Source of the DNA: Acidobacteriota bacterium
GTDB lineage: Bacteria; Acidobacteriota; UBA6911; RPQK01; CBDAPI01
Direction: 5' to 3'
DNA: 64,000 nt
Assembly: GCA_965214465.1 (NCBI GenBank)
Contig: CBDCBX010000009.1
Span: 2,700 to 66,699 of the forward strand
The notes under the pieces: model-generated
The model's input: only the letters and a program-made list of their open reading frames with translations
Told to the model about the DNA's origin: nothing
Databases searched by the model: none
Program-made: the position numbers and the translations under genes
In this document: piece after piece, positions 18,451 through 26,768 of the stretch
Layout: each line of letters starts with the position of its first letter
How positions within the stretch are numbered: position 1 is the stretch's first letter

Positions 18451-21400
18451 TCTTCAATGCTTCCAGCAGGCGGCCCAGTGCAGGACGGAATCCAATCCTG
18501 GTTCCTCGACTCCTCCTCCGGGTCGAGAGCGTGGTCAACTGGCCCCCGTCAGCTACCGCAACGGTAAAATCAATACCGGAAGTATCCAGGCCCGCTTCCA
18601 CGTTGACCGGTAGCGGCTGGTTGGAGACCGGAAAAGTCCCACAGAACTCCCCCTCGTCGCAAATGAACCCGTCCATGTCGTTATCGGTGCCCGCCAGGAT
18701 CAGATAACTTCCCGAAGGAAAGGGAAAGATCTGGTACTGGTACCCTCCGGTGAAGGTCGCATCGTCGGATTGGCTGACCGAATTGAGGGTCCGTGAATCG
18801 AGGGCCAGTACCAGGATGTCCCCGATGTCGGAGCTCTCATCGACTCCCTTCTGCACCCGCACTTCCACCATCCCATTTCCGCCGTTCGATGCAAGCTCCA
18901 CGCGTCCCTGATAGCTGCCGTCCGCCAGTCCGGACCGGTCTACGCTGACGGTCAGATCCTCTCCACTCAACTCGGCCGCCAGCCAGTTTCCGCCCGACTC
19001 CGTTACGACGGTGGGGGTCTGAACCCGCAGGGTTCCACCCCCGAGGTTGAAGACTCTGCTCTTGAGCTCGTCGTGTATCACGAGGAAATCCAGGTTCTTG
19101 GGTGAGATGCCCAGCCTGGGATCGGTCTGCGAGAATCCTGCAGCCGCGGCAACTGCCCGGAAGGCGTTGAGGATCCCCACCCCGAAAAAGGGATGGAGCT
19201 CTCCGGCGGGGCTCGCGGCCAGCGCGGGGGGTGTTGTGGCCGTCTCTTCCAGGATCATCATAACCAGTTCGCGGGTAAGGTCGGGGTCGGCGGAGAGCAT
19301 CAGAGAGATCACACCGGACACATGGGGAGCGGCCATCGAGGTGCCCTGGTAGAAGTCGTAACCGGGGGTGCCGGAAGCCTGGTTCCAGACGGTACTGATC
19401 ACGCCGTCCGCAAGATTATCTCCGTTGGCGTCGGCTGCCAGGTTCCCGCCTGGAGCCACAATGAAGTTCCCTCCAAAACTTGAGTACGGGGCCTTGTTAC
19501 CCAGGAGATCTGTCGCGCCCACTTTGATCACTCCAGGCAGATCAGCGGGATAACTAGGGTCACCACTGTTCGAGTTGCCTGCAGCAGTCACGATGATGGC
19601 TCCCGTGTCCAGAGCATCCTGAACCGCCTCTCTACGAAAAAGACTGTCGACGGTGCCTCTAAGCGACATGTTCACGACCCTGGCAGGCACGAAGCCTCCA
19701 GCGGGCAACTGGCCCATCACACTGGGAAGACCAACCGCGTAAAGGAGTCCCTGGTAGATGTCGAATACGATGCCGGCGCCCCCGGCTCCCGTCACCCGGA
19801 TGATCATGAGGGGAGAGACCTGATTGATGCCGGCTACGCCCAGATCATTGTTGGTCACGGCTCCGATTGTGCCGGCTACATGCGTGCCATGGTAACTGCT
19901 GTTCTGCCCGAGGGGATCATCTCCCGGATCCTCCGCGTCGAAATCCCTGCCGTCGCCGTCCAGTGAACTCTGGGGATCACCGATGAAGTCAGCCTGCCCG
20001 CCGGTGAGGCGGGATCCCAGGTCCGGGTGATCAAATCTGGCGCCTGAGTCGAGTACGGCAACCACGATGTCTGGATTTCCGGTTGTGATCTCCCAGGCCT
20101 CGGGCACAAAGATGTTGTCAAAGTGCCACATCAGGGGAAGAAAGGGGTCATTGAGAGTGGCCGCCCCCTGGGACTGAACGACGAAATTGGGCTCAGCATA
20201 GACCACCTCGCTGCGGGAATTGAGTTCTTCGATCACCTCCAGAGTTCGTTCCCGAATCGATTTGTCGATGACTCCTTTCTGGAGCGTGGCCAGGCCGCGT
20301 GGAAGCCGGACCAGACAGATCTGGCCGGGAGCCCGGGTGTCGATCTCGAGGGAGAGCGAATCAGCCATCGACTCTACACCCGCCGGGCTCAGCGAGGGCT
20401 GGAACTTGACGATCATCTCGCCCGGTCGAAAGCTCCCCTCCGGGTCCAGAACGACTCCCTTTCTCGCACTGGCCGGAAAGCGACCGCCGGCCAGACCGGC
20501 TCTGGCGCCAACCCCATACAACGCTTCCAGGGTCTGTCCGACCGCCGGGACAACGACCCCGGAGACCGTTCCGGATCCGCGTTGCGGAGGTACGGCAGAG
20601 AGAGACATCAGGATCCCGTCCTTCACAAACCCGAACTGCTCGAAGCTGAAGATCCCCTGGCTCGCGGACAAGCGTATGAAACCGCCGACCTGGGGTACGA
20701 ACCCCGGAATGATCTGACCCAGCAGCCGAGCGCCGTGCTCGAACCCGGCCAGTTGGAAGTCACCCGACCCGGTCATTTTGCCGGCCGGGTCAAAAACCTC
20801 GATTCCAACCTCAATCAAGTCGGGTGTAATGTTGAGAAAGGTGAGGCCCGTGAAAAAGCCCAGCCCGTCGGCCAGATGGGAATAGAGCAGCTGGGACTGG
20901 GGAGAACCTTCCATCTGCACGGACGAGAGAAAGGTCCGCTCCTCGTCACCAAAAGTCACGTTGCCGACGATGTTCGACACGTCGCTGTCTACTCGGATCC
21001 AGCCCACATAATCTCCATCCGGCAGGTCCACCAGGTCCCTGATGTTGCGCTTGATCACGCCCCGGGGCGGGAGCACGATCGCAGCCGTCGTCAGGGCGGT
21101 TCCGTCTCCGGCACCGGTCGAGAACACAGAGAGGTTCAGAGTGGCCGGCAGATCGGTGGGGTTGATCAGCGTGATATCGCTGGTAATGTCGTTCGTATCC
21201 GCTACCTGGGCGCCAAAAATGGAAAAAGGCCGTTCTTCCCCTCCTCTCAGGCTGAGCGCATTTCTTCCCCCTCGAAAGTCGTCACTGCGAAACTCCTGGT
21301 ATCCGGACACGAGCCCGTTGGGAACATTCACAGTCACGTAGCTTTGATCGAAAAGCGACTCTCCGGCGGGTGCCTTGCCCTCGAACAGGCTGGCCACAGT

Positions 21401-22030
21401 CCCCGAGAACCGCGCCAGCCCGAAAGGACCGGAAGGGATTTCCCGCCTTTCCTTGATGCAGGTCCCGTCCGCCCCGCACAGTTCAAAATCTAGAGTGAAA
21501 TTGGGAGGCGGGACCACGGAGTCGGTACCGATGATCACATTCAGTTCCGTCGATTCTCCGTTTCCGCTCAACAGTTCGGGGAAGAGCACAGACCTGGGGA
21601 GGATGTTGAAGAGGCTGGCCTCCGCACCATCGATCTGGGACACATCCGGAGCAAAAGTGAGAAAGAAGCCGACCACTCCGATGTTGTCGCTGAACCCAAT
21701 CACAAAGCCCTCAACTTGCACCACATTGGGAAAGATATCCGTCAGAACGACGGCCTGCTGCTGATTCGGTTGAATCACCACGTCCCGGCCCAATGGGTCG
21801 GCCAGAGAGCCATCATTGTTGAGCAGGAAGAGCTGCAGATTGGTCATTCGGTCTGTAGGGTTGGCCAAGGCCAGCCCGGTTTGGTCGCCTGGGCCCCATT
21901 TCACATGGAATACCAGGGTCACGGTGGGCGCTTCGCCGCCCCAGAGCGGTTGCCCGGCCAGCCAAAAACACCCAACGCACAGCTGCAACAGACCTTTCTT
22001 CAAGCCCAATTTTCCATCTCCATGAATCAC
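18410..22030 (-). CDS. Large secreted subtilisin-like serine protease (peptidase S8) with long N- and C-terminal beta-rich extensions
   Basis: 1206 aa. Signal peptide. Catalytic triad motifs VAVLDSGA (Asp), HGTHVAGTIGA (His), GTSMAAPHVSG (Ser) lie in the middle third. Confidence 0.85.
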   Translation of the reverse strand: MIHGDGKLGLKKGLLQLCVGCFWLAGQPLWGGEAPTVTLVFHVKWGPGDQTGLALANPTDRMTNLQLFLLNNDGSLADPLGRDVVIQPNQQQAVVLTDIFPNVVQVEGFVIGFSDNIGVVGFFLTFAPDVSQIDGAEASLFNILPRSVLFPELLSGNGESTELNVIIGTDSVVPPPNFTLDFELCGADGTCIKERREIPSGPFGLARFSGTVASLFEGKAPAGESLFDQSYVTVNVPNGLVSGYQEFRSDDFRGGRNALSLRGGEERPFSIFGAQVADTNDITSDITLINPTDLPATLNLSVFSTGAGDGTALTTAAIVLPPRGVIKRNIRDLVDLPDGDYVGWIRVDSDVSNIVGNVTFGDEERTFLSSVQMEGSPQSQLLYSHLADGLGFFTGLTFLNITPDLIEVGIEVFDPAGKMTGSGDFQLAGFEHGARLLGQIIPGFVPQVGGFIRLSASQGIFSFEQFGFVKDGILMSLSAVPPQRGSGTVSGVVVPAVGQTLEALYGVGARAGLAGGRFPASARKGVVLDPEGSFRPGEMIVKFQPSLSPAGVESMADSLSLEIDTRAPGQICLVRLPRGLATLQKGVIDKSIRERTLEVIEELNSRSEVVYAEPNFVVQSQGAATLNDPFLPLMWHFDNIFVPEAWEITTGNPDIVVAVLDSGARFDHPDLGSRLTGGQADFIGDPQSSLDGDGRDFDAEDPGDDPLGQNSSYHGTHVAGTIGAVTNNDLGVAGINQVSPLMIIRVTGAGGAGIVFDIYQGLLYAVGLPSVMGQLPAGGFVPARVVNMSLRGTVDSLFRREAVQDALDTGAIIVTAAGNSNSGDPSYPADLPGVIKVGATDLLGNKAPYSSFGGNFIVAPGGNLAADANGDNLADGVISTVWNQASGTPGYDFYQGTSMAAPHVSGVISLMLSADPDLTRELVMMILEETATTPPALAASPAGELHPFFGVGILNAFRAVAAAAGFSQTDPRLGISPKNLDFLVIHDELKSRVFNLGGGTLRVQTPTVVTESGGNWLAAELSGEDLTVSVDRSGLADGSYQGRVELASNGGNGMVEVRVQKGVDESSDIGDILVLALDSRTLNSVSQSDDATFTGGYQYQIFPFPSGSYLILAGTDNDMDGFICDEGEFCGTFPVSNQPLPVNVEAGLDTSGIDFTVAVADGGQLTTLSTRRRSRGTRIGFRPALGRLLEALKNAGPAGKRNEKKR

Positions 22031-22063
22031 TCAGCATCCCGGCTAAGCGGCGTTGCGACCCTG

Positions 22064-22594
22064 TCAACCCGGCCGAAAAGCATCGACGGTTTCATCTCCT
22101 GGATAGAAAGGGGTCTCGGGCCGGCCGCGCCATCGGCTCAATCGTTCGTGAACCTCTCGGAGAGCCTCCCTCTCAAAAGACTCAAAGCTCAACTCGATCA
22201 CACCGCCCCTGGAGACCAGCAGAGAAGCCGGCACAAACTTCACTTCCAGCTCTTCGCCTATCGAATAAGGTTCCTCGTCCAAAAGAACGGGAGTTTCCAG
22301 ATGGTTGTCCTCGACCAGCTTCCCGGCCCCGATCTCGTTTTCCTGAACCAGCAGGATGACGGGAACCGCCGCACCGTGCAGCCGGTACAGTCTCTCAAAA
22401 TAGGGCAGAGCGTAGAGGCAGGTCGGGCAATCTCCTTTGACCACAGCCAGGAATGCAGGGGAGCGAGAAGCGAGGTCGGAGCCGGCAATCATCTCCGGCG
22501 CACTACCCCAGAAATCCTGCGCATGGCCAGGCAAACGCCTGGCCTCAAAACCGGGTAGAGACTGACCTGTTTTCAGCATTCGACTCCGTTCCAA
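22064..22594 (-). CDS. Thioredoxin-fold protein (TlpA/AhpC-TSA-like, CxxC)
   Basis: 176 aa. CPTC redox motif within a thioredoxin-like beta-alpha-beta context (..AVVKGDCPTC..). Confidence 0.5.
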   Translation of the reverse strand: MERSRMLKTGQSLPGFEARRLPGHAQDFWGSAPEMIAGSDLASRSPAFLAVVKGDCPTCLYALPYFERLYRLHGAAVPVILLVQENEIGAGKLVEDNHLETPVLLDEEPYSIGEELEVKFVPASLLVSRGGVIELSFESFEREALREVHERLSRWRGRPETPFYPGDETVDAFRPG

Positions 22595-22732
22595 AACTCG
22601 GAGCTGTTCCGAGAAACCGGCTCAAGCCGGCTTCACCTTCTATTATAGACAGGAAAGCTGAACCGGTCGGTCGCCCTGCTGACACTTTTGGAGGTTTGAT
22701 TGGTAGCCTCCTGGTCACTAAACTAGAGCGCC

Positions 22733-24604
22733 ATGAGCGAGCAACCCCTTTTTCCCACGTCTCCCCATCCAGCTTCATTTGTCCGTTCTCTTGAGGTCAT
22801 GGCGAACCGGTTGCGCAAGCACTCGATCGTCTCGACTACGGAGGCGGGATCTGGACATCCGTCTACCTGCCTCTCCTGCGCAGAACTAATCTCGGCCCTC
22901 TTCTTCTACGCCTTACGCTTTGATGTACAGAATCCGAAAGATTTGCTCAATGACCGCTTTGTGCTCTCCAAGGGTCACGGCGTTCCGGCTGTCTGGGCCG
23001 CCTGGGCCGAGGCCGGGGCTTTTCCGGTTTCGGAACTGCTCAACCTGCGCAAGATTGACAGCCCGCTGGAGGGACATCCGACGCCCCGAAGTGCCTGGGC
23101 GGATGTGGCTACGGGCAGCCTCGGACAGGGACTGTCGATCGGCCTGGGTATGGCCATCAGCGCCAGGATGGACGGGCAGGATTCGAGAGTCTACGTGTTG
23201 ACCGGAGATGGAGAACTGGCTGAGGGATCCGTCTGGGAAGCGGCGATGCTGGCCAGTCACCGGGGCGTGGACAATCTGATCGCGATCCTCGACATCAACC
23301 GCTTCGGTCAGAGCGAAAGGACCATGCACGGCGATGAAGTGGGAATCTACGAGGAGCGCTTTCGCTCCTTCGGCTGGACCACCGAGATTGTCGATGGGCA
23401 CGATATCTCCGCCATCCTGGCGGCTCTGGACCGGGCCCGGGCCAACCGCGGAACCCCTTATGCAATTGTGGCCGACACTCGGAAGGGAAAAGGCGTTTCG
23501 TTCATGGAGGACCGGGACGGCTGGCATGGAAAACCGGTTGCCCGGGGTGAAATGCTGGAACAGGCTCTGGCAGAAATTGGAAACGATCTCGAGCTCCCAG
23601 AACCTCTGACTGTGAGGACGCCGGGCCGGACACGGGCCGAGGTTGCGACACCAGCAGCCATGCCGGCTCCGGACTTTCCCGTCGACAGTCAACTGGCCAC
23701 TCGACAGGCTTACGGGAGCGCTCTGGCTGCACTGGGCGGGGTTCATCCCGATGTCGTGGCTCTGGATGGCGACACCAAGAACTCGACCTATTCTCAAGAG
23801 TTCTTGAAGAAGTTCCCAGAGCGCTTTGTGGAGTGCTTCATCGCGGAACAAAACATGGTAGGTATCGCGGTCGGACTGGGCGCCGTGGGCAAGATCCCTT
23901 TTGCCTCCACCTTCGCCTGCTTCTTGACCAGAGCCTACGACCAGATCCGCATGGGGGGAGTCTCCCAGGCAAATTTCAAGCTTTGCGGGTCACACTGCGG
24001 CGTAAGCATCGGTCCCGACGGCCCTTCCCAGATGGGATTGGAAGACATTGCCATGATGCGGACCGTTCACGGCTCATCGGTTCTTTATCCGTCGGATGCG
24101 ATCTCGACACACCGCCTGGTGGGTATCGCAGCCCAAACCCCGGGAATTGTTTACATTCGGACGAGCCGGCCAAAGACAAAGCTGCTCTACAGCAATGACA
24201 CTGAATTCCACCTTGGGGGCAGCCATGTGCTGCGCAGCAGCGAAGCTGATCGTGCCACCCTGGTGGGAGCAGGTATCACCCTGCATGAGGCTTTGCAGGC
24301 CTGCGAATTACTGGCAGATCAAGGAATCCCGGTACGAGTGATCGACCTCTACAGCATCAAGCCCATCGACGAGAAGACCCTCCAGCAGGCCGCCCGTGAA
24401 ACCGGACTCGTGGTGACGATCGAGGACCATTATCCCGAGGGCGGACTGGGCGACGCGGTCCTGAGTGCCATTGCCGATACTCCGTGCCGCTATCACAAGA
24501 TCGCGGTGACAGGACTGCCTCGCTCGGGGCCCGGCCGGGCGCTGATGCAGATGTACGGCCTCACTGCCGATTCCATCGCCGACACGCTCGAGTCGTTGTT
24601 GTAG
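22733..24604 (+). CDS. tkt: Transketolase
   Basis: 623 aa. ThDP-binding N-terminus (..GSGHPSTCLSCAELISALFF.., ..GDGELAEG..), Pyr domain, and transketolase C-terminal domain. Confidence 0.9.
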   Translation: MSEQPLFPTSPHPASFVRSLEVMANRLRKHSIVSTTEAGSGHPSTCLSCAELISALFFYALRFDVQNPKDLLNDRFVLSKGHGVPAVWAAWAEAGAFPVSELLNLRKIDSPLEGHPTPRSAWADVATGSLGQGLSIGLGMAISARMDGQDSRVYVLTGDGELAEGSVWEAAMLASHRGVDNLIAILDINRFGQSERTMHGDEVGIYEERFRSFGWTTEIVDGHDISAILAALDRARANRGTPYAIVADTRKGKGVSFMEDRDGWHGKPVARGEMLEQALAEIGNDLELPEPLTVRTPGRTRAEVATPAAMPAPDFPVDSQLATRQAYGSALAALGGVHPDVVALDGDTKNSTYSQEFLKKFPERFVECFIAEQNMVGIAVGLGAVGKIPFASTFACFLTRAYDQIRMGGVSQANFKLCGSHCGVSIGPDGPSQMGLEDIAMMRTVHGSSVLYPSDAISTHRLVGIAAQTPGIVYIRTSRPKTKLLYSNDTEFHLGGSHVLRSSEADRATLVGAGITLHEALQACELLADQGIPVRVIDLYSIKPIDEKTLQQAARETGLVVTIEDHYPEGGLGDAVLSAIADTPCRYHKIAVTGLPRSGPGRALMQMYGLTADSIADTLESLL

Positions 24605-24690
24605 GAGGCCCCTCCCTGGTTCGATCAGATCTGCACTTCGTCATCCGAACACGGCGAGATGGAACAAGGAACAAGGAACGAGGAACGCCC

Positions 24691-25461
24691 CTAATTCATG
24701 ATCTGGCCACCGCAGACGTTATAGGACTGCCCGGTGATGTTTCTGGCCCCGTCTGAGCTCAGAAAACAGACCATTTCACCAATCTCCCCGGGCTGAACCA
24801 TCTCCTTGAGCGGGACCTGATCCAGCGCACTACGGCGAAAATCTTCGTAGGAGATCCCGGCGGCCTTGGCACCGCTTTCCATTCCCTCCAGAGCCATGTC
24901 GGTCTCCACCCACCCAGGGCAGATTGCGTTGACGGTGATTTCCCGAGGCGCCAGCTCCAGGGCCAGAGCCCGGGTGAAACCAATGACTCCGTGCTTACTG
25001 GAACAGTAGGCTGTATAGCCGGGCACTCCGAATCTCCCCAGGATGGAGGAGATATTTACGATGCGGCCACCCTTCGGTATCCAGCGCAAGGCCGCCCGGG
25101 TGCAGTAGAAAGGCCCATTGAGGTTCGTGGAAATGACTGCCAGCCAGTGCTCATCGCTGGAGTCTCCGATCGGATTCGGGCCGCCCAGGCCCGCATTATT
25201 CACCAGGATATCGATCCTCTTCCATTCCCCTCCAACCCTTCCGAACAGGTCGGCGACCTCGTCGGCGGAGGTCACATCGCCAGTCAACGACTCGCCCAGG
25301 CCTCCCGCCGACCGTACCAGCTCGACAGTTTCATCCAGAGCTTGCCGGCGGCGGCCACAGACCATCACACGAACTCCTTCCCGGGCCAGGGTCAGCGCAA
25401 TTGCCCGCCCGATTCCAGAACCACCCCCTGTCACCACGGCCACTTTTCCTTGTAACTTCAT
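24691..25461 (-). CDS. Short-chain dehydrogenase/reductase (FabG-like SDR)
   Basis: Gly motif VTGGGSGIGRA and catalytic YxxxK (..YCSSKHGV..). The likely start is the Met at 25459-25461 (MKLQGKVAVV...), not the upstream ORF-finder start at 25512. Confidence 0.85.
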   Translation of the reverse strand: MKLQGKVAVVTGGGSGIGRAIALTLAREGVRVMVCGRRRQALDETVELVRSAGGLGESLTGDVTSADEVADLFGRVGGEWKRIDILVNNAGLGGPNPIGDSSDEHWLAVISTNLNGPFYCTRAALRWIPKGGRIVNISSILGRFGVPGYTAYCSSKHGVIGFTRALALELAPREITVNAICPGWVETDMALEGMESGAKAAGISYEDFRRSALDQVPLKEMVQPGEIGEMVCFLSSDGARNITGQSYNVCGGQIMN

Positions 25462-25476
25462 GGTCGGGACTATACA

Positions 25477-25593
25477 TGTTTCACGTTTCACGTTCCTTGT
25501 TCTATGGTTCACGTTGACGGTCGCGACTTACCTGGCCAAACATAGGGGTTCGTGCAGATTGTCCGGAGCCGGGTTCGTGAAACGTGAAACGCG
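25477..25593. promoter_or_regulatory. Divergent SDR/GT1 promoter region carrying a 15-bp inverted pair of tandem GTGAAAC heptads (candidate operator)
   Basis: GTTTCACGTTTCACG at 25477-25491 and CGTGAAACGTGAAAC at 25579-25593. Each sits about 15-20 nt upstream of its gene's ATG. A TATAGT -10-like hexamer lies just upstream of the SDR start. Confidence 0.45.
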
Positions 25594-25612
25594 GAAAGTT
25601 GGAACCTCCCCA

Positions 25613-26728
25613 ATGAGAATCGCATTCGACGGAACCACTCTGACTCCCGACAGGACAGGGATCGGATACTACTCAGAACATCTCTTGAGCCACCTGGCGG
25701 CTGAATTCACAGAGGACGAGTGGATCGTCATCTCCAACCAGCCGCTATCCCTCTCGGACCCTCTCCCGACCGATGGCCGCCTGGACGCACGGGGCAGGAT
25801 TCCCTGGCGCATACCCTGGATTCAGCTGACAGCACCGAGACTTCTAGAACAGGTGGATCCGGACGTGGCACATTTCACCAACTCCATTTGTCCGCTCCGG
25901 TCACCGGTCCCCACAGTCCTGACCATTCACGACATGAGCCTGGAGCTCTTCCCGCACCTCCATCCTCGACGGCGGCGCTTGACTCGGTGGCTGGTGCGGC
26001 TCTGCGCCAGGCGAGCGCAGGCAGTCATTGCGGTGTCAGAAAACAGCGGTCGCAACATCTGCTCGATTCTGGGAGTCCCTTCCCGGCATGTGGTGGTCGT
26101 CCGTGAGGCGGCAGCTCCCGCCTTTCGGCCCATCGATGACCGGGAGACCCTGCAGCAAGTGAGGAGTCATTACAACTTACCGGAGCGTTTTATCCTGCAC
26201 GTCGGTACCATCGAGCCGCGAAAAAATCTGGTGAACCTGGTTCAGGCTTATTCCAGGGTGCGGGACAGTGGGCACCTGGACCTGAGTCTCGTTCTGGTCG
26301 GGAAGTGGGGCTGGGGCATCCAGCAGGTTCGAGAAACGATTGAGACTCTGGGGCTGAGAAGCCTGGTCAGACTCCCTGGGTATATCGAGTTTGGGGATCT
26401 GCCTGCTCTGTACAGCCTGGCCGTGGCGACACTCTATCCTTCACTCCACGAAGGCTTCGGATTGCCGGTGGTCGAGGCCATGGCCTGCGGATCTCCGGTC
26501 ATCACGTCTTCCAACTCTTCTCTGATTGAGGTCGCCGGCGACGCCGCCCTGATGCTGGACGAGCCCAGTCCCACTGCCATCGCCGCGGCCCTGCGGCGGC
26601 TCCTCGACAGCCAGGACCTGCGTGAGGAACTGGCAGAACGGTCACTTCAGAACGCCAGGCGCTTTTCCTGGTCCCGAGCAGCCGCAGAAACACGCCAGGT
26701 ATATGAGGATGTGGCGCGATCGGGGTAG
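25613..26728 (+). CDS. Glycosyltransferase family 1 (GT4-type)
   Basis: Start MRIAFDGTTL...; C-terminal GT1 signature (..LYPSLHEGFGLPVVEAMACGSPVITS..). The longer ORF-finder call from 25118 runs antisense through the SDR gene and is rejected. Confidence 0.85.
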   Translation: MRIAFDGTTLTPDRTGIGYYSEHLLSHLAAEFTEDEWIVISNQPLSLSDPLPTDGRLDARGRIPWRIPWIQLTAPRLLEQVDPDVAHFTNSICPLRSPVPTVLTIHDMSLELFPHLHPRRRRLTRWLVRLCARRAQAVIAVSENSGRNICSILGVPSRHVVVVREAAAPAFRPIDDRETLQQVRSHYNLPERFILHVGTIEPRKNLVNLVQAYSRVRDSGHLDLSLVLVGKWGWGIQQVRETIETLGLRSLVRLPGYIEFGDLPALYSLAVATLYPSLHEGFGLPVVEAMACGSPVITSSNSSLIEVAGDAALMLDEPSPTAIAAALRRLLDSQDLREELAERSLQNARRFSWSRAAAETRQVYEDVARSG

Positions 26729-26768
26729 GAGGACCCGTGGTCCGAGCAGAACACAGCGCGCGCAGGCC

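Noticed and set aside
20123-21493. 456-aa plus-strand ORF
   Set aside because: Entirely antisense to the S8 protease gene. Arg/Gly/Pro-rich translation typical of antisense GC-rich DNA.
25118-25612. N-terminal 165-aa extension of the glycosyltransferase ORF
   Set aside because: It overlaps the SDR gene antisense. The conserved GT1 sequence begins at the Met at 25613 (MRIAFDGTTL), which follows the CGTGAAAC motif and a purine-rich stretch.
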